Positions 51,111 through 60,475 of a stretch of 64,000 nt of DNA are shown piece after piece; the first letter of the stretch is position 1; every line of letters begins with the position of its first letter. The translations under genes were made by a program, and so were the position numbers. Under the pieces are notes generated by a model that did not search any database, was not told where the DNA came from, and saw nothing but the letters and a program-made list of their open reading frames with translations. This DNA is from Oligoflexales bacterium (GTDB lineage: Bacteria; Bdellovibrionota_B; Oligoflexia; Oligoflexales; JAPPIL01), in NCBI GenBank assembly GCA_965215515.1, contig OZ244057.1:1696001-1760000 (forward strand), written 5' to 3'.

Positions 51111-51256
51111 CCTGAGTTCCGCGGGTAAATCAGCATTGTTGCATAAATCGGTGTATATTCAGGCACTACAAAAAAGGAAGACAGACAAAACACCGCAAAA
51201 TCAGGCCTTCCGTCGCTCAAAAAATTAAATTAAGCGCCCTACCCACGGAGCTCAGG
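51111..51256. mobile_element. 146-bp MITE-like element with 17-bp imperfect terminal inverted repeats
   Basis: cctgagttccgcgggta ... tacccacggagctcagg (15/17 complementary); second partial copy at 36141-36237. Confidence 0.7.
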
Positions 51257-51451
51257 GCCGCGGTGCGTTGTCTGCCATCGGTTATGTACAGTCGGATCAT
51301 CAGCGGCTACAAGGATTACGATACGTTCTACGAAAGAGCTTATAACTTCTTGCGCAACTAGACCATCGCGGCAAGACTGGTGGCTATTCACCTGAGCCAC
51401 GATGCCGCGTGCCTGTCGTCGTGTGGGTGGGGAATAGTGTTGGCATGGTGA

Positions 51452-53056
51452 TTAAGAGTCGGGCTCGATAAAAGAGCGTAGTTTCTTACTACGTGATGGA
51501 TGACGTAACTTGTGCAAGGCCTTAGCTTCGATTTGCCGAATCCGTTCCCGTGTGACATTGAAACTCTGCCCTACCTGTTCAAGCGTATGATCGACATCTT
51601 CGCCAATACCGAAACGCATGCGCAGTACCTTCTCTTCACGCGGTGAAAGTGTCGCTAGTGTTTTGTGTGTTTGTGTGGCGAGACTCCCCGTTACCACACG
51701 TTCAGATGGTGTCGTCTGTGCCCTATCCTCAAGAAAATCACCGATGCAGTTATCATCATCACCGATCGGTGTTTCTAATGACAAAGGCTCGACGGCAATT
51801 TTAAACACCTTCTTGATTTTTTCGAGCGGTAAATTCATCCGCACAGCTATCTCTTCAGGAGTCGGATCACGTCCCATTTCCTGCATTAGAGTGCGGGAAG
51901 TGCGGATGAGTTTGTTGATTGTTTCAATCATATGCACAGGCACACGAATAGTGCGTGCTTGATCGGCTATCGCTCTCGTAATCGCCTGCCTTATCCACCA
52001 CGTCGCATAAGTGGAGAACTTATAACCACGCTTGTACTCAAACTTATCGACCGCTTTCATCAGACCGATGTTGCCCTCTTGAATCAAATCAAGAAACTGC
52101 AAACCGCGATTGTTGTAGCGCTTGGCAATGGACACCACAAGCCGTAAGTTGGCCTCGGCTAACTCGCGTTTGGAACTACTCGCCCGCTCCTGCGTCTGCT
52201 TGAGCTCTTCCAACGTGCCTGCGACTTTATCAACAGGCAAAGAAAGACTCGTGCACACCCGCTGCATCTCCTCGTAAGCTTTGCGCGCTTGCCCGATAAC
52301 AAGATCATTGCTGCTTGCCTTCGCCTCCTCCCCCTCACACACAAACAACGCCTGTAACTCCGCACCGCTCTGCTGCAACCTCTGCCCACAAGTGTGGAGA
52401 ACTTGCTGAGCACGTTTGAACAACGCAGCCTCTTTTTCAAGAAAAACAATAATAGAAACAATAAACTTCTTGTTAATCCCTAACTCTTGCAAGGCCAAAA
52501 AAATCTTTTCCTTGGTTGCAGCCTTGTCCTTCTTGGAATTCTGTAAATTTTTTGCAAAAGATGTGAGTTCAGTTATGGATTTGTTGATTTTAGCGAGGTT
52601 GGGATTGCTGCTATCGCCGTCATCATCGCTATCGAGCGACCTGATGAAATTACGCAACGCCGTTGTGCTTGCCAGCGATTTATGCGCTGCTTCGACAATC
52701 TTGTGCAACGCCGCAGGAATGTCGATTAGCTGTCGTAGTAAGTTGCTCTCTTCTTCCTCTATTTTGCGTGCGATCGCGATCTCCTGAGCACGACTCAACA
52801 GCGCGACATTACCCATTTTACGCAAATATATCTTCACTGGATCTCTAGAACGCGGCGGCGAGTTGTCAAAATTGTCGTGTGCTGCTCCCGTATACGAATG
52901 GCGACCACCACGCTCACCAAAAATAAAAGGGTCATGCCACACACTGCGCTCTTCGTCACGATTATCAGCAAACTCCGTTAAGCCTTCACCCGCATCACTA
53001 TCGGTATCGTTGCGCTGTCCATCGCTGCTGTCCACTACCCTTGCGTTCTGCCCCAT
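51452..53056 (-). CDS. rpoD: RNA polymerase primary sigma factor (sigma70)
   Basis: [97 protein letters not shown]. Confidence 0.97.
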   Translation of the reverse strand: MGQNARVVDSSDGQRNDTDSDAGEGLTEFADNRDEERSVWHDPFIFGERGGRHSYTGAAHDNFDNSPPRSRDPVKIYLRKMGNVALLSRAQEIAIARKIEEEESNLLRQLIDIPAALHKIVEAAHKSLASTTALRNFIRSLDSDDDGDSSNPNLAKINKSITELTSFAKNLQNSKKDKAATKEKIFLALQELGINKKFIVSIIVFLEKEAALFKRAQQVLHTCGQRLQQSGAELQALFVCEGEEAKASSNDLVIGQARKAYEEMQRVCTSLSLPVDKVAGTLEELKQTQERASSSKRELAEANLRLVVSIAKRYNNRGLQFLDLIQEGNIGLMKAVDKFEYKRGYKFSTYATWWIRQAITRAIADQARTIRVPVHMIETINKLIRTSRTLMQEMGRDPTPEEIAVRMNLPLEKIKKVFKIAVEPLSLETPIGDDDNCIGDFLEDRAQTTPSERVVTGSLATQTHKTLATLSPREEKVLRMRFGIGEDVDHTLEQVGQSFNVTRERIRQIEAKALHKLRHPSRSKKLRSFIEPDS

Positions 53057-53358
53057 GAAAAATTTCCCCTGAAAAATTAGATGGTTAAACAAAAAATTAA
53101 GACCGCAACGGCCACGTGCCGAAACGACACGCGGCTGAGGTGACCCCCTGCCGAAACTGGTATTGTTTAGGACAAGATTAGCTTATCAATGCAAGTGAGT
53201 CCAGTAAAAAATGTTTTATGCAATGAGAATGTTACCGCTCTTGATTTTTACTAGCTTGGGTGTGGTTAGCTGAAAAATTTATTTACAGAAAACAAAAAGT
53301 TATTTGCAAGTACTGAGTGCACCTCTGTACTAGATGTAAAAGTGCTCTTTGCTATTTT
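53053..53358. repeat. 306-bp direct repeat, copy 1 (rpoD start codon and upstream region)
   Basis: Aligns to 54527-54831 with about 10 substitutions and one 1-bp indel (manual comparison). Confidence 0.97.
53111..53135 (-). promoter_or_regulatory. 11-bp stem-loop in the putative rpoD leader
   Basis: Minus strand GCCGCGTGTCG-TTT-CGGCACGTGGC, with two G-U pairs that favour this strand; unchanged in repeat copy 2. Confidence 0.45.
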
Positions 53359-53448
53359 GTCCTGAGTTTCGCATCTAGATTTGTAACACGTCGACACTAT
53401 TGGGATAGGTTTTTCCCGATGCACCACAACTTGTGGTCACTGCGGGTT

Positions 53449-54435
53449 TTAGAGTTTACGAGACACACCAGACTTTCTTGTTCGCTCCAGCCTGTTCACT
53501 TTGCTTTGACTGAGCTTCGTTATGCGACAGATGGCCTCGATGTCTATGCCATCCTCAAGCATGCGCAGCGCAATCTCCTCAACTCCTTCTTGCCGTCCTT
53601 GCTCTAGTCCTTGCTCTAGTCCCTGCTCTAGTCCCTGCTCTAGTCCCTGCTCTAGTCCCTGCTCTAGTCCTTTGAGCATGCCCTCTTCGAGCCACCCCTC
53701 GCGCCCAACCTTGATCCTTTTCATAAGTCTGTCCTTTATCCTCTTGATAGCCTCTCTCTCTATATCCTCTAACACAACCAAACTGAAGTTGCTATTGAAT
53801 TTAGAAAAACAGTCGGTTGCTCGTTCCAGTAACCGCAGCCTCTCGTCCAGTCCTAAAATCAAGCTACTGCGAAAGAAATTAGCCACCTTCTCACGGGTCA
53901 AGTCCCTGATGCAGTGCAAAGCCAACATGTAAGGATGGCTTTTGGGAAACATCTTGATGATCTCTTCCTGACTGTAGTCAGGCAGATGTAGCAGGAGGTA
54001 GCCGAAATCTAGGGCTACATCGCCGCCTATGGCGTTGGCACTGTCAGCAAACTTGCCTTGAAACCGCCGCGGCAATCGCCAGCGTCCTTCCGCGTTTGAG
54101 ATCACAATGACGATCACCTTGTCGGCCATGTGTGTATCAACCAATGCCTGATAGGTCAGCAACTGCCCATGAAGCCCCTTGTCCTGTGTGCTCTTGTGCT
54201 CGTTCAAAAAGATAACCCGCTGCCCGTCTTTGGTCATCACCGAAATCACTGCATCGGCACGGCGTTCTTTGCCTTCCGCATCGGTGAACACCGTCGCTTC
54301 AAACTTCAGCGTCCTGAGATCGAGTTGTGCCAACTGTTTAGAAGGTAGCAAAAACTTCAGCAATTCTATCATCAGCACCCGATTGTTGGTGATGATTGCC
54401 ACGAATAGCGCATTGTGTAGCGCACGTTTGGTCAT
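53449..54435 (-). CDS. Rpn-family recombination-promoting nuclease / YhgA-like putative transposase
   Basis: HNALF, LP......LDL.TL, RAD...SV, EHKS..D, C-terminal (GLEQ)n then EIA.RML..G.....I...T.L. Confidence 0.9.
   Translation of the reverse strand: MTKRALHNALFVAIITNNRVLMIELLKFLLPSKQLAQLDLRTLKFEATVFTDAEGKERRADAVISVMTKDGQRVIFLNEHKSTQDKGLHGQLLTYQALVDTHMADKVIVIVISNAEGRWRLPRRFQGKFADSANAIGGDVALDFGYLLLHLPDYSQEEIIKMFPKSHPYMLALHCIRDLTREKVANFFRSSLILGLDERLRLLERATDCFSKFNSNFSLVVLEDIEREAIKRIKDRLMKRIKVGREGWLEEGMLKGLEQGLEQGLEQGLEQGLEQGLEQGRQEGVEEIALRMLEDGIDIEAICRITKLSQSKVNRLERTRKSGVSRKL
53590..53672 (-). repeat. 12-bp coding tandem repeat (GLEQ, 6 copies) in the Rpn gene
   Basis: (ccYtgctctagt)n read directly. 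Confidence 0.93.
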
Positions 54436-54526
54436 AGTCCGTCGTCTCTAGTGAGCACATGCTGCTAGTAGCTGTGTAGCACCATTTTCTCATAACTGGT
54501 ATAAAAATATCACCTACCCCGTGCAG

Positions 54527-54831
54527 CCATGAAAAATTTCCCCTGAAAAATTAGATGGTTAAACAAAAAATTAAGACCGCAACGGCCACGTGCCGAAACG
54601 ACACGCGGCGGAGGTGACCCCTGCCGAAACTGGTGTTGTTTAGGACAAGGCTAGCTTATCGATGCAAGTGAGTCCAGTAAAAAATGTTTTATGCAATGAG
54701 AATGTTACCGCTCTTGATTTTTACTAGCTTGGATGTGGTTAGTTGAAAAATTTATTTACAGAAAACAAAAAGTTATTTGCAAGTACTGAGTACCCCTCTG
54801 TACTCGATGTAAAAGTGCTCTTTGCTATTTT
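54527..54831. repeat. 305-bp direct repeat, copy 2
   Basis: See copy 1; overlaps the start of the lipoprotein ORF at 54743. Confidence 0.97.
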
Positions 54832-55276
54832 TTCTGTCTGTACTCTTCTAGCGAGCTGTCCCAGCCCCAAATTTGCGGGCAGAGGTGACAATGTCGAATC
54901 ACGCAGCACTGGGGTAGCCATCAGTGTCAAAAAAACGCAGCCTTCATCGCAAGGCGTAGATGGTACAGGTGAGTTGCTTGTCACCGCCAACTACCCTCTG
55001 ACTGTGACTTGCCAGCTTTGTCCGTTGGTATTTTCGGAAGCTACACTCAATAACAATAGTTATGAGCACAAAGCCCATTTTACCTACGGGCTGGTCAGAA
55101 ATACGGAGGTGTGCAAGCTGAGAATAGTGGTAAAAAGCATAAATAATGAAAAAATAAACAAGGAAAAAATAAACAAGGAAAAAATCTACAACCTCTACGT
55201 CTGCCCCCAAGAAGAAAATGGAGAATGCAAAACAGAAGGGGCGACGGAGCACTGTGGTAACATCAACGGAAGTTGA
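54743..55276 (+). CDS. putative Cys-rich lipoprotein
   Basis: Hydrophobic stretch and lipobox LLASC; (EKINK) repeat; start uncertain (TTG 54743 or GTG 54815). Confidence 0.7.
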   Translation: MKNLFTENKKLFASTEYPSVLDVKVLFAIFSVCTLLASCPSPKFAGRGDNVESRSTGVAISVKKTQPSSQGVDGTGELLVTANYPLTVTCQLCPLVFSEATLNNNSYEHKAHFTYGLVRNTEVCKLRIVVKSINNEKINKEKINKEKIYNLYVCPQEENGECKTEGATEHCGNINGS

Positions 55277-55285
55277 AGGTGAACT

Positions 55286-57361
55286 ATGCGCATACCCTTA
55301 CTAGCTGTACTACTGATCACCGCCTGCTTCATCGAAGACGAGGCTAGTATCAGCCACCAAAGTGCTGGTATCGAAGGGGGAAACTTAACCGACCCCAGTG
55401 ACCCCGCCTACATCGAAGAAGGGGAGTGCTTGATCAGCATCAATGGTGAACTAACACTGGGAAAAGAAACAATACTAGAAAAACTAACACCACCTTCCTG
55501 CCTGCCGAGCGGTAAGCTATCGTGGTTATTCAAGGTTAAGAAGGAAAGGGAGATTAGTATAGAAGTCGCCAAGCCTTTGCGGCTCGCGATCTTGTTCGAT
55601 ACTTCAGAGTCGCTGAGACACAGTGACCCTGAAGGAAAAAGGTACGTGGCATTGAAGGAATACTTGGAAAACGTTCAGAGAAAGGTAGATGGTAAGGAAA
55701 TAGAAAGCGCTGAGATCGCAGTTTATCCCTTCAAGTACTGTAATCAGAGTGTCTTCGAACTGAATATTACTAGTTCTGGTAGCTTTAGCAAGGACTTAGA
55801 TAGTTTTATCGGGACTGATTACAGACATGAAGGAAGTATAAAAATAATCGACAAAGGACATTTGACCACGCTCACCGCTTACGGTGCGGTAGGTTCGACC
55901 AACTACCTTCAATCTCTTCAACTAGCGGTGGACTTCCTAGATAAAGGAGAAGATAATACTCTTTTGCAGCATATGCTTATCATCACCGATGGTCTTCCCT
56001 TTACGTATGACGATAGAACAACAAACACGGTAGACCTAAACGGTGATGGTTGCGACAAAAATCTGAGTTCTATAAACACTAATCAAATCGACAAAAACGT
56101 ATATGAAGAATTTTTTAGTAAAAAATATAGCTGTCTCGTTAAGGAGAATATACTCTACCCATCTAAAGTAGATTGTATTACACCAAAAACATTAAATAGG
56201 GAACCTCCACCAGGCTTTACGATTAATAATGCTGCTTGGGATGATCCTCTAAATCATGTGTTAGGCATGGCTCAGCACATCAAAGCTATTGATCTCCTTA
56301 GGAAGGATAATGATATCAAAGTATATGCTGTGTATCTTAAATGCCCTGATGACAAAGAAAAAAAATGTATGCCAGATGGCATAAACCAACATTTGGTGGA
56401 GTTCTTTTTAAGCAAAATTACCGACGTACATGATGTTGCTGATAATGCTGCAGATTTGACATCTTCACTGAAAAAAATATTAGAAACACAAGTTAAGTCA
56501 CTAACATACAAAAAAACTGGCGAAGCGTACCTCAGCAACGGCGGAGAGGGCAATGGAACACCAGTAGATAAATCAACAAAACTACATGGTTATCGCATCA
56601 AGGTCGGCCGAGACGCTGAAAATGATAAGGTGTTTGACTACGACAAAGATGCTAGTGGTAGTCAGCAAGGCACTTTGATAGTCGAGCATGGCCTGGAAGG
56701 CGTAAATGGCAATGGTAGTTTCTCAATCGGTTATGATTTTGAATTTAAAGATACATACCGCGCTGATAGTCCCATCGCTGTTAATGTTAGCGGAGACAAT
56801 TCTATAATTCTGGAGCTGAATAAGTACGAAGAAGAAAAGTACACCGCCTACTGTCTGCTGCCGCCGCGTTGTGATGATAGCAAGGAGTGCTGCGACAATC
56901 CAGATAACCCGTATCGGGTAGTTACTGATGAAGAGTGTCACGACAAAGGTCAGAGTTGGAAAAAGTTCCCGACTTGCATGTGCGGAGCAGTTGCACAAGA
57001 ATCGGTAGGGGGAACAAACGAAGATGGTGAACTCGTCGTCGATACGCCACCCTCCCCAACCCCCTCAGGACAACCGACGGGTGGAGCACCACGACCTCCC
57101 GCGGGAGGAGGCGGGAAGCCTACTTATGAGCCGCCGCCTCCTCCCGCGGGAGACGGGAAGCCTGTTAGCCCGCCGCCTCGTCGTTCCACTGAACAATCTC
57201 CCAACCAGAATCCGCCTGTCGTTGTCTCCCCCCCTTCCCACGATGGTGATACAGGCACGGTGGAAGGGGAAAGGCCAGGCAAGGGTGGCAAAGGCATGGG
57301 AGAAGGGAGGAGGACAGTCCCCTCTCAAGGGACTGTCTGGGGGAGGTACGAACAGTTTTAA
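55286..57361 (+). CDS. VWA-domain lipoprotein with Cys-rich and Pro/Gly-rich C-terminus
   Basis: Lipobox LITAC; MIDAS residues FDTSES, GSTNY, IITDG; CDDSKECCD..C..C.C; poly-Pro tail. Confidence 0.85.
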   Translation: MRIPLLAVLLITACFIEDEASISHQSAGIEGGNLTDPSDPAYIEEGECLISINGELTLGKETILEKLTPPSCLPSGKLSWLFKVKKEREISIEVAKPLRLAILFDTSESLRHSDPEGKRYVALKEYLENVQRKVDGKEIESAEIAVYPFKYCNQSVFELNITSSGSFSKDLDSFIGTDYRHEGSIKIIDKGHLTTLTAYGAVGSTNYLQSLQLAVDFLDKGEDNTLLQHMLIITDGLPFTYDDRTTNTVDLNGDGCDKNLSSINTNQIDKNVYEEFFSKKYSCLVKENILYPSKVDCITPKTLNREPPPGFTINNAAWDDPLNHVLGMAQHIKAIDLLRKDNDIKVYAVYLKCPDDKEKKCMPDGINQHLVEFFLSKITDVHDVADNAADLTSSLKKILETQVKSLTYKKTGEAYLSNGGEGNGTPVDKSTKLHGYRIKVGRDAENDKVFDYDKDASGSQQGTLIVEHGLEGVNGNGSFSIGYDFEFKDTYRADSPIAVNVSGDNSIILELNKYEEEKYTAYCLLPPRCDDSKECCDNPDNPYRVVTDEECHDKGQSWKKFPTCMCGAVAQESVGGTNEDGELVVDTPPSPTPSGQPTGGAPRPPAGGGGKPTYEPPPPPAGDGKPVSPPPRRSTEQSPNQNPPVVVSPPSHDGDTGTVEGERPGKGGKGMGEGRRTVPSQGTVWGRYEQF

Positions 57362-57440
57362 TTAAAAGATCCCCTGTAGATGCCCCCACCGTGTTGAAAG
57401 GCATCGGAGCCATCAACACCCGCTACCCCTTGCCCTGTCC

Positions 57441-58235
57441 TTGACCGCCACAGCTAAAGGAGCTGGGGCTCGTTACCGACAACGTGTACGGGGGAGGTGG
57501 CTTGTGTTTTACTTGATTATTTTGTCGCTGTTGTGCGGTGCTTGCGTGCAAAATATTTTCACCGCGCCGCATGTCTCGTCTCCAGGGGCTACTGCGCCGC
57601 GGCTTAGCTTTGTCATCGACGAAGATGTCATCGATATGCAGACCGTAGTAGTAGGTTTTGAGCCTGAGCGCTTTGCACTGCCATCTTTGCCCATCCTGCG
57701 CGCTAAGTTGCAGGTCAATACCAGCGACCGCATTTGCGCACCACCCCAAACCTTCACCTTGCAGTGGCGTAATATCGTAGGGAAACTGACCTGCCGCGGT
57801 GCGCCTCCTTACCACAACGTGAGCCGTACTTTTGCCGACAAACTGTATTTTTTCCCTCGAGGGGCGCACTGTCAGGTAGGGCGTTTGCGGGGGGCAACGG
57901 ACGACAGCTACACGGTAGAATTTTGCGGCATGCAGAACAGAAGAGGAGATGGTTTTCACGATTGTGCGACTGACAGTACAGGCACTACCAGAAATGAGAC
58001 GGTGGCACGGCGTGATTTCGACCTGACACAAGCCGCTTACCCTTTCGATCCGCTCACCACCCTGCAGATTAACTATACCGTGCAAGTGCGAGAAAAAAAC
58101 GGCTCCTGGCATACCATAAGAGCCTCTTTAAACGGCAGCGGTGTGTTAGCTACTGGACGCAGTTGTTTGTTTCGTGATGGCTGCCAAGTGCGCATCGACC
58201 CGCACGATGGTAAGTGCATTGCCCCGCACCCGTGA
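57441..58235 (+). CDS. putative lipoprotein
   Basis: Hydrophobic stretch and LCGAC lipobox; real start may be GTG near 57504. Confidence 0.7.
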   Translation: MTATAKGAGARYRQRVRGRWLVFYLIILSLLCGACVQNIFTAPHVSSPGATAPRLSFVIDEDVIDMQTVVVGFEPERFALPSLPILRAKLQVNTSDRICAPPQTFTLQWRNIVGKLTCRGAPPYHNVSRTFADKLYFFPRGAHCQVGRLRGATDDSYTVEFCGMQNRRGDGFHDCATDSTGTTRNETVARRDFDLTQAAYPFDPLTTLQINYTVQVREKNGSWHTIRASLNGSGVLATGRSCLFRDGCQVRIDPHDGKCIAPHP

Positions 58236-58261
58236 CGATAACACCGTGTAGATGCCCCCCG

Positions 58262-58386
58262 AACCGCATCTTGACTTTCATTACCTGAAGGAGGAAGAGA
58301 GACTGATGCCAGAGATGGAATTTGGCCTTGATAGAGCGAGACAAGAGGGCATACGGCAGGGTATGCGCAAGGGCAAGCGGCAAGGT
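58262..58386 (+). pseudogene. remnant of an Rpn C-terminal segment
   Basis: LKEEERLMPEMEFGLDRARQEGIRQGMRKGKRQG, same pattern as the Rpn tail at 53.6 kb. Confidence 0.6.
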
Positions 58387-58489
58387 TGTGCACTTGGGGT
58401 AAATGTTCCTATAGGAAGAGCTCCCGCTCTTCGCTTTTCCCCCTCCAGTGGGGGTGGCGCTGGTATAGGTGTAACGCAACCCGTCGCAT

Positions 58490-58990
58490 TTGGCGGATCT
58501 AAAACCCAGCGCGTTTTTCTTCGCTGTAGCGGTCAAGAACAGCGGCAGCAAAAAATACCTCCAACTCGGTACTGGGAGCAAGAAGACAGCCAAGATCAAT
58601 CGAGACAAGGCAGCCAGTGATGCCGCCTGGGATGGCATCAGCGGGTACATTCGCGGGGAAGGTAATAGCCTCTTACCGTCGCCTGTGGGAGATCGAAGAA
58701 GCTTTTCGCATCTCCAAACACGATATCTCAAAATACGTCCCATATTCCACCGCAAAGGCGATCGTCTCAGGGCACATCTGGATATATGTTTTATCACCTA
58801 TGCCCTTGTCCGTCAGTTAATGTGTCGTTACAGGATGCGGCAAGGCGAGACGATCAGCTGTGAGAATTTGTGCGACACGCTCAGGCGGACAAGATTTACC
58901 CTGTTGCGGCACATCAAGACAGGAGAGCTGTATGGCATGCCTAACATAAAAGCTTTCCCGCGTGCCAAAAACCTCTACCGCCTCAAAGGT
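58490..58990 (+). mobile_element. IS1634-family transposase C-terminal remnant (frameshifted)
   Basis: Across frames: DAAWDG..GY / SYRRLWEIEEAFRISKHD / LKIRPIFHRK.DRLRAHL.ICF..Y.L. Confidence 0.8.
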
Positions 58991-58999
58991 GGTGCAGAG

Positions 59000-59488
59000 A
59001 TGGCCGAGTCGTTTGCTGAATATGTGCTCATTCCGCAAATATCAATTATATTGGGGTGTTGCATCACCTCTCGCCAAATTCCTGAAAGCGTGATCAGACA
59101 TAAATATCTCGAAAATAGGCTCTCAATGCGGGACATTGCCCGTGAATTAGCGTGCTCAAAAACACACATCCGCGACCAGTTACTGAAACACAACATCCCC
59201 CTACGTCAACCCAACAGACGCTACAACAAATGGTATGCCTACGGCAAACGGCGTGTCAGCGGCAGAACCATAGCCCACAAGGGCGAGAAGCGCACCATCG
59301 CCACCATCAAACAGATGTATGGCGAAGGAATTGGCATAAGGGCTATTGCTAGGTTCTTGAACACCATGAAGATACCCACCAAGCAACAGGGTAAAGGCTG
59401 GCATCACTTCACGGTTACCCAAATCCTCAAACGAGAAGGCGTTTACGTCGTGGGGCGTAAGGGGGTGGGGTCGGCAGCATCAGGCTAG
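59000..59488 (+). CDS. HTH plus serine-recombinase DNA-binding (Recombinase-domain) protein, possibly a remnant
   Basis: KYL...LS.R.IAREL..S; YG......E..TI..I..MY..G...RAIA..LN...IPT....W....V..IL. Confidence 0.7.
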   Translation: MAESFAEYVLIPQISIILGCCITSRQIPESVIRHKYLENRLSMRDIARELACSKTHIRDQLLKHNIPLRQPNRRYNKWYAYGKRRVSGRTIAHKGEKRTIATIKQMYGEGIGIRAIARFLNTMKIPTKQQGKGWHHFTVTQILKREGVYVVGRKGVGSAASG

Positions 59489-59656
59489 GTTTCGCACATA
59501 TTTATAATTAATCCTTTGATAACAGTATGTTATCATTTTTATGTTTACAAATGGCGGGGTTTGTCCGACAGGACAAGTGAATACGCGGCTTGCATTTTCC
59601 TTGTTCTCCTGAGGATCGGGAGTTGGAAAGGTAAGCCCCCCTTCTGGGGCTAGCCC

Positions 59657-59710
59657 GTGAAAAAGACAGCCGTTATCGTTGATGGTGGATATTTCATGCC
59701 GATGCTTTGA
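59657..59710 (+). pseudogene. N-terminal remnant of a NYN/LabA (PIN-like) domain gene
   Basis: GTG-started MKKTAVIVDGGYF, then stop after 17 codons. Confidence 0.55.
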
Positions 59711-59764
59711 CTACTGACAAAGAACTCCTCCGCCAGTAACAGGGCTGGTGCATCTTTAGATATG

Positions 59765-60154
59765 TTAAGCAGCCTTGTCTTCCAGTGAGCGGTCGAGCTC
59801 GTCGATGAGCTCTTTGCTTCTTTTCCTATTAAAATGCCTTGTCCCCTCATGATCAGTGTGCTTTGAGCGGATTTCTTTTTCTATCTTGCTCAACAAAGTA
59901 ATGTAAGCATTCAATTTGTCTTCAGCCTCTAGCTGTTTGTTCCCACGAAAGCTAATTTCTGGACCTCCAAGATATGATTTACTGGTGATAAACTCATGAA
60001 TAGAGCTTATATGTGGAAAATAGCGTTTAAGTGAACTAAATCTGAAAAAAGGATTGCGGGCGATTGCCGCAAGCACAATGTTTTCTCCTACATCCGATAT
60101 CTGTACGGTTTGTTCGTTGCCATTGTGAATGTTTAAAGTTTTTCTATTCTTCAT
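59765..60154 (-). CDS. hypothetical protein (AT-rich, island)
   Basis: 129-aa ATG ORF; no family recognised. Confidence 0.5.
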   Translation of the reverse strand: MKNRKTLNIHNGNEQTVQISDVGENIVLAAIARNPFFRFSSLKRYFPHISSIHEFITSKSYLGGPEISFRGNKQLEAEDKLNAYITLLSKIEKEIRSKHTDHEGTRHFNRKRSKELIDELDRSLEDKAA

Positions 60155-60475
60155 AATGGCTGTAGATCAGTTTCACTTTTCCACGAAATTGTTCTACTAG
60201 ACTGTGGAGCGCAAGTAAGTTATTGCCTTTAATGACGAAATTTTCTCGTATTGTTCCTGATTCACGCTTAATCTCTTCAACTTTTTTTGTGCCCTTAGCT
60301 GTGTATCTCTTCCATCATTGAAGAAAATTTCTTTGCGTTTTTCATCATACAAGTTTGAAGACTAGCAATAGAAAAACATCTATCAAAAAGTCTCTCCAAA
60401 AAGCATGTAAAGTCCACCCAAAACTAAAAAAATGGATTTTATGTACACCATCTAACTTTACTGCTGTAAAAAAAG

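Noticed and set aside
57361..58270. Integron attC sites
   Set aside because: No RYYYAAC/GTTRRRY boxes and no integron integrase.
58490..59488. Single 332-aa transposase-recombinase fusion protein
   Set aside because: The IS1634 motifs are split across frames, so the open frame is better read as an accidental join of remnants.
59549..59580. AATGGCGGGGTT as a tRNA 3'-end attachment-site remnant
   Set aside because: Only ~10 nt of resemblance, and it does not match the tRNA-Val end in this window.
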